Source: Candidatus Micrarchaeota archaeon (GTDB taxonomy: Archaea; Micrarchaeota; Micrarchaeia; Micrarchaeales; CABMGC01). From it: DNA of 62,171 bases. Made by a program: the position numbers and the translations under genes. Positions 18,540 through 28,123 of this stretch are shown in pieces. Position 1 is the first letter of the stretch, and the number at the start of each line of letters is the position of its first letter. Under the pieces are notes generated by a model. The model saw only the letters and a list, made by a program, of their open reading frames with translations, did not search any database and was not told the origin of the DNA. The stretch lies in assembly GCA_028867145.1 (NCBI GenBank), contig JAGWGX010000003.1, forward strand, positions 1 to 62,171, in the 5' to 3' direction.

Positions 18540-19058
18540 ATGAGAATTTTGAACGCGGGCTGCGGCGACGACAGGTACGGAACCGATTTTGTAGACTCCT
18601 ACAAGGGAAAGCGAAAAGACGTGCTTGTGCGCGATCTGGACAAAGACAAGCTTCCATATCCGTCTGGAACCTTTGATGAGGTCTACTCGAGATACACCCT
18701 TTCTTATCTTAAAAACCCTGAAAACTTCCTGAAGGAATCCTATAGAGTATTGAAGAAAGGGGGTAGCCTAAAGCTGATAGTTCCAAATGCGGGATTCTAT
18801 GGCATTTTCACTAGCAACTACCATGGCGGATACGACAAAAGCACAAACTATCGCGTGCGCACATACAGCATATACACCAAATACATCATGAAAAACTGGC
18901 TGGAGGTAGGGGGATTTTCAAAAATGTCCATTAAAACAGGCTTTGAGAAATCCTCCTCGCCAAGGCTCTCGTACAAGCTGCACAGCATTGCCTTTAGGCT
19001 GCTTGGCCTGCTATCGGAGAGATTGAGGCCGGACATCATCGTCATAGGCGTGAAATGA
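18540..19058 (+). CDS. Class I SAM-dependent methyltransferase (type 11)
   Basis: ILNAGCG, LPYPSGTFDEV, ESYRVLKKGG. Confidence 0.88.
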   Translation: MRILNAGCGDDRYGTDFVDSYKGKRKDVLVRDLDKDKLPYPSGTFDEVYSRYTLSYLKNPENFLKESYRVLKKGGSLKLIVPNAGFYGIFTSNYHGGYDKSTNYRVRTYSIYTKYIMKNWLEVGGFSKMSIKTGFEKSSSPRLSYKLHSIAFRLLGLLSERLRPDIIVIGVK

Positions 19059-19113
19059 GCCCTTTGAAACATTAAATATTTAGTTACGCCTTTGTTATAT
19101 TTAGGAGTATTAA

Positions 19114-20190
19114 ATGACCAAAACCGCACTAATTACCGGGATAACCGGCCAGGACGGCGCATACCTGGCGCAGCTTCTGCTCAAAAAGGGATACAAGGTG
19201 TACGGGGGCTTTAGGAGGCTCTCCACGCCAAACTTCTGGAGGCTGCAGTACCTTGACGTCTTCGACAAGGTGCAGCTAATACCCTACGAGTCAAACGACA
19301 TGAGCTCGATAGTCGAGGCGATAAATATCGCAAGGCCAGACGAGTTCTACAACCTTGCCGCCCAGAGCTTTGTCGCAGCCGCATTCGAGCAGCCGATAGT
19401 CACCACCCAGACGGACGGGATCTCGATTGCGATGATACTTGAGGCGATAAGGCAGTCGGATCCAAAGATCAAGTTTTATCAGGCATCAACCAGCGAGATG
19501 TACGGCCAGTCCGGGCTCGCCGAAGGGCTCAAGGGCCTCTCGACAAAGCCGCTAAACGAGCAGAGCATGTTTAGGCCCACAAGCCCGTATGCAGCCGCAA
19601 AGCTCTACGCATACTGGACGACAAAGATATATCGCCAGTCCTACAAGCTCTTTGCCTGCCAGGGAATACTCTTCAACCACGAATCGCCCCTAAGGGGCCT
19701 AGAGTTTGTGACGAGAAAGATTACCAACGGGATTGCAAAGATCGCCGTCGGGATAGAAAGCGAGCTTGAGCTGGGCAACGTAAAGTCCGTGAGGGACTGG
19801 GGCTTTGCCCCGGAGTACGTGGAGGCGATGTGGAGGATGATGCAGCAAGACGAGCCGGATGATTACGTAGTGGCGACAAACAAGTTCCACTCGGTCTTCG
19901 GCTTTGTGAGCGCCGCTTTTGAGGAGGCTGGCCTTAACTGGAGAAAGCACGTCAGGATAAAGCAGAGATTCATGCGCCCGCTGGACACAAATGCGCTAAG
20001 GGGGGATTACTCCAAGGCGAAAAAGGAGCTTGGATGGGAGCCAAAGACAAAGTTCGAGAACCTTGTTAAGATAATGGTTAGATCGGACATAGAGCGCTGG
20101 GAGCGGCTGCTTGCCGGGGAGAGATTCCCTTGGGATGCGCCTAACTACCCAAGCGAGGCGAAGATCGTCACAAGGGCACTAAAGGCGTAG
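19114..20190 (+). CDS. gmd: GDP-mannose 4,6-dehydratase
   Basis: ALITGITGQDGAYLA, YNLAAQSFV, YQASTSEMYG, SPYAAAKLY, LFNHESPLRG. Confidence 0.97.
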   Translation: MTKTALITGITGQDGAYLAQLLLKKGYKVYGGFRRLSTPNFWRLQYLDVFDKVQLIPYESNDMSSIVEAINIARPDEFYNLAAQSFVAAAFEQPIVTTQTDGISIAMILEAIRQSDPKIKFYQASTSEMYGQSGLAEGLKGLSTKPLNEQSMFRPTSPYAAAKLYAYWTTKIYRQSYKLFACQGILFNHESPLRGLEFVTRKITNGIAKIAVGIESELELGNVKSVRDWGFAPEYVEAMWRMMQQDEPDDYVVATNKFHSVFGFVSAAFEEAGLNWRKHVRIKQRFMRPLDTNALRGDYSKAKKELGWEPKTKFENLVKIMVRSDIERWERLLAGERFPWDAPNYPSEAKIVTRALKA

Positions 20191-20194
20191 TTCA

Positions 20195-21301
20195 ATGGCC
20201 AGAATTCCTATGTATGAACCAAAGCTCGGCGAGGAGGAGCTTGCCAATGTCACCGAGGCGGTGAAGAGCACCTGGATTAGCTCAAAGGGAAAGTTCATAA
20301 CCCAGTTTGAGGAGGAGTTCGCCAAAAAGGTGGGCACCAAGTACGCGGTTGCGACCTCAAATGGCACAGTCTCGCTTCATCTTGCGATGGCGGCGCTTGG
20401 GATAGGAAAGGGGGACGAGGTCATCGTGCCGACGCTCACCTTCATAGCAAGCGCCAACACGGTAAAGTACACTGGGGCAAAGCCGGTTTTTGTCGACTCA
20501 AACAAGGAGTACTGGTGCATCGATCCCGAGAAGATCGAAAAGAGGATAACCAAAAAGACAAAAGGGATAATGCCGGTTCATCTCTACGGGCATCCGTGCG
20601 ACATGGATCCAATACTTGAGATTGCAAAAAAGCACGACCTTTTCGTGATAGAGGACGCTGCCGAGGCGCACGGCGCAAAGTACAAGGGAAGGACCGTGGG
20701 CTCATTCGGCGACATATCGTCGTTTTCCTTCTTCGGGAACAAGATAATAACCACAGGGGAAGGGGGAATGTGCACAACCGACGATGAGGCGCTGTATCAG
20801 AAGATGAGGGTGCTAAGGGACCACGGAATGAATCCCTCGAAGAGATATTGGCATGATGTTATAGGCTACAACTACAGGATGACCAACATGCAGGCTGCAA
20901 TCGGGGTCGCCCAGGTCCACAAGATGGACGAGGTGATAGCCAGGAAGAGGGAGATTGCAAGGCTCTACGAGAAGAATCTCTCATCTCTTGCCAAGAAGGG
21001 ATACATTACCCTCTCGCCCCAGATGGAGTGGGCGACAAGCGTGTACTGGATGTATAACATCTTGCTAAAGGGCAAGGCGAAGCTCGGCAGGGACGAGCTC
21101 ATGGAAAAACTCGGGGCAAAAGGCATAGAGACAAGGCCAATCTTCCATCCATTGCACATGATGCCTCCATACAAGCAGTCAAGAAGGTACCCGATAGCCG
21201 AAAAAATCGGCTTGTCTGGGATATCACTACCTTCAGGACCGACGCTTACTGACGAACAAATCAAGGAGGTCTGCAATGCAGTCACGGAAAATATCATTTA
21301 G
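20195..21301 (+). CDS. DegT/DnrJ/EryC1/StrS aminotransferase, probable GDP-perosamine synthase
   Basis: WISSKG, SNGTVSLHLA, EDAAEAHG, SFFGNKIITTGEGG, GYNYRMTN; adjacent to gmd. Confidence 0.92.
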   Translation: MARIPMYEPKLGEEELANVTEAVKSTWISSKGKFITQFEEEFAKKVGTKYAVATSNGTVSLHLAMAALGIGKGDEVIVPTLTFIASANTVKYTGAKPVFVDSNKEYWCIDPEKIEKRITKKTKGIMPVHLYGHPCDMDPILEIAKKHDLFVIEDAAEAHGAKYKGRTVGSFGDISSFSFFGNKIITTGEGGMCTTDDEALYQKMRVLRDHGMNPSKRYWHDVIGYNYRMTNMQAAIGVAQVHKMDEVIARKREIARLYEKNLSSLAKKGYITLSPQMEWATSVYWMYNILLKGKAKLGRDELMEKLGAKGIETRPIFHPLHMMPPYKQSRRYPIAEKIGLSGISLPSGPTLTDEQIKEVCNAVTENII

Positions 21302-21431
21302 GGAGAAAATGAATTTCGACGTCAAAATTGGGTTTTTGTCGAATAATTTCGTCCATCTAAGAAGTGCTTTCCCACAATGGACGAAAATTAAACTATTTTT
21401 TATAAACAAAAGATTAAACATAACTGCATCA

Positions 21432-21439
21432 TTTAAATA
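21432..21439 (+). promoter_or_regulatory. TATA box of the S-layer gene
   Basis: TTTAAATA about 50 nt upstream of the ATG; GTGA SD present. Confidence 0.6.
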
Positions 21440-21488
21440 CTTTGCAGTTAGATTAAAGTCACACTAAAAGTGTAATATACGTGATAGA

Positions 21489-24400
21489 ATGAATAGTTTG
21501 AACGCAAAAAGGATAACCGCAATCGCGGCAAGTTTGGCAATGGGTCTAGTATTTGCAGGACCAGTATCATTCAGCAACATACCGATAATAAACAGCGCAG
21601 GACAGCCGGTAGTGCAGATCGTTCTTGGATCTTCGGCACAACCAAGCGACGGCGTAGTTGCGGCTAACATCGCTGCGGTGATCGGCAACCTCGCGTTCAC
21701 ATCAACTCCTATCACGGCAACTGTGGGAAACACAGGCGCGGTAAAGTGCGTTGTCACAACACCAACATGCACCCTTTCAAACCAGCAGGTATTTTTGGGT
21801 GAAAAGGGATCAGTCACAGCATCAGGTTCATACACACTAAAGGCATTGATCGGCTCTGTGCTCAACGGCGCAGTGGTGAACTACGGAACACTTGCATCCT
21901 CAAAGACATTGCAGGGATCTGGTTCCTACTCGTACAACGAGGGTTCTTCGCCATACCCTGTGATTGGATCTCCAACGCAGACCTCTCCATTCTCAGGAGT
22001 GGGAGCGCCTTTGTCGCTTTCGACATCGGTCCTTTCTAACACAAACGGAGGTGGAGCTCAGTTCACATCATTCTCAACATCCACAACGTTCGATAACATC
22101 CTTTTGCTATCAAACGCGCAGGTTCCAGGATTGCTTTCCTCTTCGGGATTGACATCAGAATCTGAGTACTTGTGGCTCGCAGGTTTCCCGGTCTTTGACC
22201 AGGCAACAGGAGTGAACAACTTTGCACTTCTAAACACAGAGGGTGCATACCAAGTAGTCTTTGGAAAGCCAATCGTTGTGTACAACAACCAGACAAACCT
22301 TGCGGCAAACGTAGTCAACCACGCGGCATTCAAGTTGCTTGGACAAAACTACTCACTATATTCTGCGACAACCCCAACATCGGGTTCTCTTCCAGGATCT
22401 GGTAACTTCATCACAGGAACAACGCTTGCCTCAGGTGGTTCAGTGCAGCTTGCACAGGCAATCACCCCACAGCAAACTGTCTATGTAGGAAAGAACGTCT
22501 CAGCGGGTGCGTTCACAGTGGTCCTTCAGGATTTGTCCTACCCATCTTCAACAGGTATCTCCAATGCGGCAGTATCTGTCTACAAGAACGGGGTACTAAC
22601 AAACACGACCTCAATCGCCCCACAGTCTACGAAGATAATCAACGTAACAGGAACAAAGCTCTACATCCAGGTTGGAACAACCTTCCCAGGACTGTATGCT
22701 TACCAAAAGTGGGCACAGATTCAGCTCTTCTCTAACGTGTTCAACGTTACGTCGGGTAAGATCTTCAACACAAACAACACCAACTGGTATGCAACCCTTC
22801 ACTGGAGCACAAACCAGACGTCAGCAATTGGAACATGGGGTTCCAACGCAATGGCAAACGTAGTGTTGCAGAGCATTGTCCTCTACTCGAACCAGTCAAA
22901 GTCAACGACCTTGACCCCAGGTTCAACAATGAGCTTCATCAACAACCCAGCCCCATGGAAGGTCACCTTTGCGGGTGATTCTCTTGGTGCGCCAGGATCT
23001 GGTAACTCCAACTACGATGCAGTCTCGCTTGCAACCAGCACAAACACAAAGGTTTCGTACACAAACCCACTGAACGCTGGAGCTGCGGGAACTCAGACAA
23101 CTGCTGTAACCTCATACACGTTCAACAACGTTGGTTACCAGTTCGCAATCGCTGGAGGTGCTCCTGATACGAACAGCATCAGCTCGAACGTAGTCAACGA
23201 CACAATGGTGACAACAGCTGCAAACCTCTTCACGGTAACATCCGGAATACCAACGGCATTCACGGTGACGCCTGGAGACTCTGCCCCTGCACCATCAACG
23301 ACTCTTAGCACGTTGACATACAACTTGGATGCATACCAGTACACACCATTGAACGCAATTGCAGCAAACGGAATATCCAATGCGCTTGCAAACACGGTCG
23401 TAAGCCCAGGTATCTACATACAGATCCCTGCGAACGCTGCTACGATTTTGGGTAACTACATTTCGACAACAAACCCACTATCCGTAACAGTAACTGGATA
23501 CAAGAAGGGTGCTGCATCAACCTCCCAGGCTTCCGTGACCTTCACAGGGTTCAACACGAACCAGGTGGTTCCAGGAACAAACTTGGTGAACGTTACCAAC
23601 ATCCAGTTGGGAACAGCGCTTCCAAACCCAGGAACAACGGTTAGCGTGTACTTCACAGCAAACACGAACCAGGTTGGAGTGTTGCCACAGGCTGCTCTTT
23701 CGGGCAACTCGGTTTTGCTAGGTCAGTTGACCTACAATGGTCCAGCGTTGATGTACTCTGTACCTCAGTATTCGACATACCAGATTGCAACAAACGCATT
23801 GAAGTCAGGATTCACCGCTGCATACTCTGGTGAGGGTTCAAACGTGAACTTCGCGTTCGCTGCCCCATCGGCCGCAATCGGCGGAAGGAACCAGTACTTC
23901 CAGTACATAATGCCAACATTGCCACTGCCAACGTCGACATTTGCGACCGCAACAGCCACAACGGGTAACGCAATTATCGTAGGAATTACAAACTCCTCGA
24001 CATTGCTCTCAACCCCACAGTACTGGCTCAACTTGACGGGCGGTAACAACAACGCATTCGTGTACGAGTCAAACGCACAGGGAACGCAGCAGACTGGAGT
24101 CAAGGCAATCGCAGGCTTTAGGACAGAGCGCGGAGACCAGGTTGGTTCACTTGCAACGACAACTGCAACATACAACATCGCAAAGGCTGTTGACACATTG
24201 CAGTTCGTGGTAGGACCGGCGTCTTCGACTGTCTCATCGACAACGACAAACTTTGGTCCATACGGAGTTGGTCAGGCAACAAACCTTGCAAACGTAACGA
24301 TTGCGAACGTGTCCGCAAAGTGCACCTTCTCTTCGACATCATGTTCGGTGTCAGGAATTGGCAACCTAACGGCAACGCCTTCCGTAACATCTGCGGTAAC

Positions 24401-24695
24401 AACGGTGAAGCTAAACACGGCAACAACACCGCTCGCAGTGCTTGACACAAACGCGGCAAACGCCTCAACGCTTGTGGTAATCGGAAGCAAGTTCGTGAAC
24501 TCTGTTGCAGGACAAATCTTCGCCCAGAACCCATCATTGGCATCTTCATTTGCGCCAACGGGAACAGGAGCGGTGGTCGTGCAGGCATTTGGAACAAACA
24601 GGATTCTTGTCGCAGGATACTCTGCAAACCAGACAGTATCCGCAGGAAACCAGTTCATCCAGGCGCTCCTTGCATCCGCAGCGGCTGGGCACTAA
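21489..24695 (+). CDS. S-layer glycoprotein
   Basis: Signal peptide; IVLGSSAQPSDGVVAANIA (S-layer N-domain) and LVVIGSKFVN...ILVAGYSANQT (S-layer C-domain); S/T/N-rich; many N-X-S/T sequons; strong codon bias. Confidence 0.92.
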   Translation: MNSLNAKRITAIAASLAMGLVFAGPVSFSNIPIINSAGQPVVQIVLGSSAQPSDGVVAANIAAVIGNLAFTSTPITATVGNTGAVKCVVTTPTCTLSNQQVFLGEKGSVTASGSYTLKALIGSVLNGAVVNYGTLASSKTLQGSGSYSYNEGSSPYPVIGSPTQTSPFSGVGAPLSLSTSVLSNTNGGGAQFTSFSTSTTFDNILLLSNAQVPGLLSSSGLTSESEYLWLAGFPVFDQATGVNNFALLNTEGAYQVVFGKPIVVYNNQTNLAANVVNHAAFKLLGQNYSLYSATTPTSGSLPGSGNFITGTTLASGGSVQLAQAITPQQTVYVGKNVSAGAFTVVLQDLSYPSSTGISNAAVSVYKNGVLTNTTSIAPQSTKIINVTGTKLYIQVGTTFPGLYAYQKWAQIQLFSNVFNVTSGKIFNTNNTNWYATLHWSTNQTSAIGTWGSNAMANVVLQSIVLYSNQSKSTTLTPGSTMSFINNPAPWKVTFAGDSLGAPGSGNSNYDAVSLATSTNTKVSYTNPLNAGAAGTQTTAVTSYTFNNVGYQFAIAGGAPDTNSISSNVVNDTMVTTAANLFTVTSGIPTAFTVTPGDSAPAPSTTLSTLTYNLDAYQYTPLNAIAANGISNALANTVVSPGIYIQIPANAATILGNYISTTNPLSVTVTGYKKGAASTSQASVTFTGFNTNQVVPGTNLVNVTNIQLGTALPNPGTTVSVYFTANTNQVGVLPQAALSGNSVLLGQLTYNGPALMYSVPQYSTYQIATNALKSGFTAAYSGEGSNVNFAFAAPSAAIGGRNQYFQYIMPTLPLPTSTFATATATTGNAIIVGITNSSTLLSTPQYWLNLTGGNNNAFVYESNAQGTQQTGVKAIAGFRTERGDQVGSLATTTATYNIAKAVDTLQFVVGPASSTVSSTTTNFGPYGVGQATNLANVTIANVSAKCTFSSTSCSVSGIGNLTATPSVTSAVTTVKLNTATTPLAVLDTNAANASTLVVIGSKFVNSVAGQIFAQNPSLASSFAPTGTGAVVVQAFGTNRILVAGYSANQTVSAGNQFIQALLASAAAGH

Positions 24696-24727
24696 AGTTA
24701 GTGTCTAGTTAAGGTTGCAGCTCTGTT

Positions 24728-24770
24728 GAGGGCCTTTGCCCTCCATTTTATTTTTCTTTTTACGGTTCTT
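24728..24770 (+). terminator. GC hairpin plus T-tract terminator of the S-layer gene
   Basis: GAGGGC-CTTT-GCCCTC followed by CATTTTATTTTTCTTTT. Confidence 0.78.
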
Positions 24771-24832
24771 CTCCTCCTTCTTTTCTTTCAATCTCTCAGC
24801 TTCGCTAGGGTCTTAAGCGAATAAAAATTAGT

Positions 24833-26146
24833 TTACTTGTACCTTAGGATTGCGCCAAGACCGGAGAATCCCATCAGGAACTGCTTTCCAAAGGAGCTCT
24901 CCCCTGAGACAAAGTCAATTGCCACTCCTCCCTCGTCCGCCTTCTTGATTATCTCCTCTATTGCATCCTTCTTCTCCATCAGCGCCGGAACCATAGCGAC
25001 CAGCCTCTTGTAGAGTATGTTGTTCTCCGTCACGCTTGCGCTCGACATCGCGTTTATCTCCTCTATCGTCTCCTTCATCCCAGCTGGCGAGGCTATCTCA
25101 GGGGTTAGGTCCTCGACGTAGAGCGGGTGCTCTAGCTTTCCTATCCTCCTAAACACTATTGCGAGCATCTTGTTCGAGGAGTTGTTCTTTCGAATCTCCT
25201 CGATTAGGTCTAGCTCCTTGTTTATTATCAGCCGATCCGCCTTCTTGCTGGCGGTTGCCTTCATCGTGTCGCCAAAGCCGTACACCGCAAGTCCTCCCCT
25301 TGCGACCTCGTGCATGAATCTCTCGATTATAACCCTCTCCTTCGAGGCCTCCTGCTCCGCGAGCACTTCCTTTGCCTGCTCCACAAGCTCGTGCAGGCCG
25401 AACTCATCCGTGTATCCAGTGTTGAAAACGCCTAGCGTCTTTACCTGATAATTTAGCGTCTCAGATTTTGCAAATCCCTCCTTGGCTGGCCCCGGCCCCC
25501 CGACAAGCAGCCCCTTGAGCTTGAAGTCCATCTGGGCGTAGAGCACGTTCACCGCCTCGCCGATCCTCTTGTGGAAATCCTCTATTCCCTCCTCCCTTAG
25601 CCTCTCGAATCTCCTTGCTGACTGACCTCCCTTTCTCACCTTCGCGTGCGCCATCGAGTGAAGCCTTCGAATTATTCTTATCTGAGGTCCCTTGAGCGTC
25701 GCGACCGTCGCATCCCTTCCGTCCATCACCACAAGGCAGTACGTATCCTTTGCCTCAATCATGTCCTCGATTGGCTCGAGCATGAAGTCCGAGTCGCATC
25801 GATACATATTAACCTTCAGCGGAAGTGGAGGCTCAATTGAGAAGAGCTCGATCGACTCTCTTCCCGGTATGTCTGAGATGTTCCCTGCGTATATTGCAAG
25901 CCCATTTTTTGGGGTCTGTCTAAAGAGCTTAAGATAAGACAAGATTTTCTCAATCGCCGCTGTTACATTTGTCCTTGTCTGCTTTGACTTGATGTTAGAG
26001 GACTGATTGAGCTCTTCCCTGAGCTTTCCCATGGTCTCAAAGACTGGATAATCAGCAGCGATATAGACTGTGATGAGCTCGGTTCCCTGACCTCGAATGG
26101 CACGGAGCTGCTTCACCTCCTTCATCAGGCTGTATTCGTTCTTCAT
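24833..26146 (-). CDS. prf1: Peptide chain release factor aRF1
   Basis: NIKS, YRCDSDF, KGGQSARRF, GAILRY. Confidence 0.97.
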   Translation of the reverse strand: MKNEYSLMKEVKQLRAIRGQGTELITVYIAADYPVFETMGKLREELNQSSNIKSKQTRTNVTAAIEKILSYLKLFRQTPKNGLAIYAGNISDIPGRESIELFSIEPPLPLKVNMYRCDSDFMLEPIEDMIEAKDTYCLVVMDGRDATVATLKGPQIRIIRRLHSMAHAKVRKGGQSARRFERLREEGIEDFHKRIGEAVNVLYAQMDFKLKGLLVGGPGPAKEGFAKSETLNYQVKTLGVFNTGYTDEFGLHELVEQAKEVLAEQEASKERVIIERFMHEVARGGLAVYGFGDTMKATASKKADRLIINKELDLIEEIRKNNSSNKMLAIVFRRIGKLEHPLYVEDLTPEIASPAGMKETIEEINAMSSASVTENNILYKRLVAMVPALMEKKDAIEEIIKKADEGGVAIDFVSGESSFGKQFLMGFSGLGAILRYK

Positions 26147-26157
26147 CTAAATTCACT

Positions 26158-26376
26158 TTAAACGTACTTTTTAATATCATCTTTTTCTAGTTCACAATCT
26201 TTCAATATTTTATTCAAAAGGCCAGCGCCCAACTCTCTATTGTGATATGGGATCGTGGTTACATGGCTTAAATCACTTAAAAACACGTGGCTCCCTTTGT
26301 GTCTTAGAACCCTATAACCATAATTCTTTACCAAAATACGTATAAGCTCTATGTCTTTTATGACTAAATATGGCAT
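26158..26376 (-). CDS. hicA: HicA-family mRNA interferase toxin
   Basis: RHKGSHVFL, TTIPYHNRELGAGLLNKILKD. Confidence 0.92.
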   Translation of the reverse strand: MPYLVIKDIELIRILVKNYGYRVLRHKGSHVFLSDLSHVTTIPYHNRELGAGLLNKILKDCELEKDDIKKYV

Positions 26377-26385
26377 GGCGCAGAA

Positions 26386-26589
26386 TTAGTTCTTTGCTAT
26401 CGCAACTGCCTTTGCTTTTTTAGCTCTTAATTTGTCAAGCTCGATAAATCCCTCAACAGCAACTTCTATTGCCTCAACAAGATTCTTCCTGAGCTCCTTC
26501 ATTGTTTTTGCCTGAGTGTTCACGTGCAAAAACGGTATCCTAGCTGCGTAAAGACCTTTTTCTTTCCAGACCTCTATGATCTTAGCCAA
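26386..26589 (-). CDS. hicB: Short HicB-family antitoxin
   Basis: YAARIPFLHVNTQAKTMKELRKNLVEAI; GGTGA SD; upstream of hicA. Confidence 0.85.
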   Translation of the reverse strand: MAKIIEVWKEKGLYAARIPFLHVNTQAKTMKELRKNLVEAIEVAVEGFIELDKLRAKKAKAVAIAKN

Positions 26590-26637
26590 ACAATCACCAA
26601 CTAAATGTGGTAATAAAAATCTATAACCTTATTGATA

Positions 26638-27909
26638 TTATCCTATTTTTCGCTTGCCCATGTAGGGAACTAGAACTTCAGGAACAGTTATCGTGCCGTC
26701 GTCGTTTGCGTAGTTTTCCACTATCGCGACCATCGCACGTGTTGTGGCTATTGCGGTGGAGTTAATCGTGTGCACGTACTTTCTCTCCTCCGCATCATCG
26801 TACTTAATGTTTAGCCTCATTGACTGCCATTCCGTGCAGTTGGAGCACGAACTCATCTCTCGATACTTGCCCTGGGTAGGAAGCCATGCCTCAAGGTCAT
26901 ACTTCTTTGCAGCGACAATACCGATGTCACCGGTGCACACATTTACGATCCTAAATGGTATCTGCAATCCCTCAAAGATCTGTTCAACGTTTCTCTGCAT
27001 CTCCTCAAAGAGTGCCCATGAGTCCTCCTGGCGTGCAAATGCGAACTGTTCTATCTTGTTGAACTGATGTACCCTAAATATTCCCTTAGTATCCTTTCCA
27101 TGGGTCCCTGCTTCCATCCTAAAGCACGGGCTAATGCCGGCGTACTTTATCGGCAGCTTTGACTTTTCAAGGACTTCATCGCTATACATAGCAGCGATTG
27201 GGTGCTCAGAAGTCGCAATTAGCTTGAGGTTCTCGTTCTCCTCTCCGCCTCCCACCTTGTAGAGCACCTCATCAAAGTCCCCAAGCGCGGTCACGCCCTT
27301 GTACATGTTTTCCCTTAGCATGTAAGGCGGCTCAATTGGGACAAATCCCTTTTTGTCAAGAATATCAAGAGCGTATCTGAGCAAAGATTGCTCAAGCAAG
27401 ACCATATCCCCCTTGAGGTAGTAGAACCTTGATCCTGCAGTCTTTGCAGCCCTTTCTATATCAAGCAAGTCAAGCGCAGTCAGAATCTCCTCGTGACCTT
27501 TTCCCTCCTTCTTTTTTGGCTCGAGGAATTTCTTTACAATAATATTTTCCGTTTCATCCTTCCCGTATGGCACGGAGCCATGAAGTATGTTTGGCATGTT
27601 CCAGAGCAGCTTGTTTAGCTGCTCCTCAAGGATTGCAAGCGCCTGCTCCTTTTCCTCTATGTGTTTTTTGACCTCGGCCAGCTCCGCAATCGCATTTTTT
27701 GCCTCATCTTCCTTCTTCTCCTTTTTGAACTGCGAGATCGCAAGGCTCGCCCTGTTCTTTTTTGTCTGCAGCTCCTGAGTTGAGGTCTTAAGACCTCTCC
27801 AATCCTCGTCAAACTTGAGTATCTTGTCGAAATCGTACTCCCAGTGGCGCTTTTGCATGCTCGCTTTTATCGCCTCAATGTTCTCCCTTACGTACCTTGA
27901 GCTGAGCAG
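26638..27909 (-). CDS. serS: Serine--tRNA ligase
   Basis: LIATSEH, CFRMEAG, GIFRVHQFNKIEQF, SCSNCTEWQS, HTINSTA. N-terminus extended to CTG 27909 (LSSRYVREN). Confidence 0.97.
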   Translation of the reverse strand: MLSSRYVRENIEAIKASMQKRHWEYDFDKILKFDEDWRGLKTSTQELQTKKNRASLAISQFKKEKKEDEAKNAIAELAEVKKHIEEKEQALAILEEQLNKLLWNMPNILHGSVPYGKDETENIIVKKFLEPKKKEGKGHEEILTALDLLDIERAAKTAGSRFYYLKGDMVLLEQSLLRYALDILDKKGFVPIEPPYMLRENMYKGVTALGDFDEVLYKVGGGEENENLKLIATSEHPIAAMYSDEVLEKSKLPIKYAGISPCFRMEAGTHGKDTKGIFRVHQFNKIEQFAFARQEDSWALFEEMQRNVEQIFEGLQIPFRIVNVCTGDIGIVAAKKYDLEAWLPTQGKYREMSSCSNCTEWQSMRLNIKYDDAEERKYVHTINSTAIATTRAMVAIVENYANDDGTITVPEVLVPYMGKRKIG

Positions 27910-27978
27910 AAAATCCCTGCTTTACTAACGAAATAAAAGTATAAATAGATGAGCAGAAGATAATCATTGTCGTCTAGT

Positions 27979-28065
27979 GCAGGGGTGGCAGAGTCTGGCC
28001 AAATGCGACGGGCTTAGGACCCGTTTCTTTTAGTGGATGCGAGAGTTCAAATCTCTCCCCCTGCA
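27979..28065 (+). tRNA. tRNA-Leu(TAG)
   Basis: Acceptor GCAGGGG/CCCCTGC-A, anticodon arm ACGGG-CTTAGGA-CCCGT, long variable arm, GAGAG-TTCAAAT-CTCTC; no intron and no encoded CCA. Confidence 0.96.
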
Positions 28066-28123
28066 TAATTTTTCACTCACCACAATTCTTTTTAATTAGC
28101 CTTTCCCATTTAAAGCAAAGCAA

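Noticed and set aside
21964-24708. Many long antisense or alternate-frame ORFs over the S-layer gene (likewise over aglB, smc and the atp genes)
   Set aside because: Shadow ORFs caused by codon bias; no independent SD or family motifs.
27979-28065. tRNA intron or attachment-site duplication
   Set aside because: Both tRNAs fold without introns and no duplicated 3' ends were seen.
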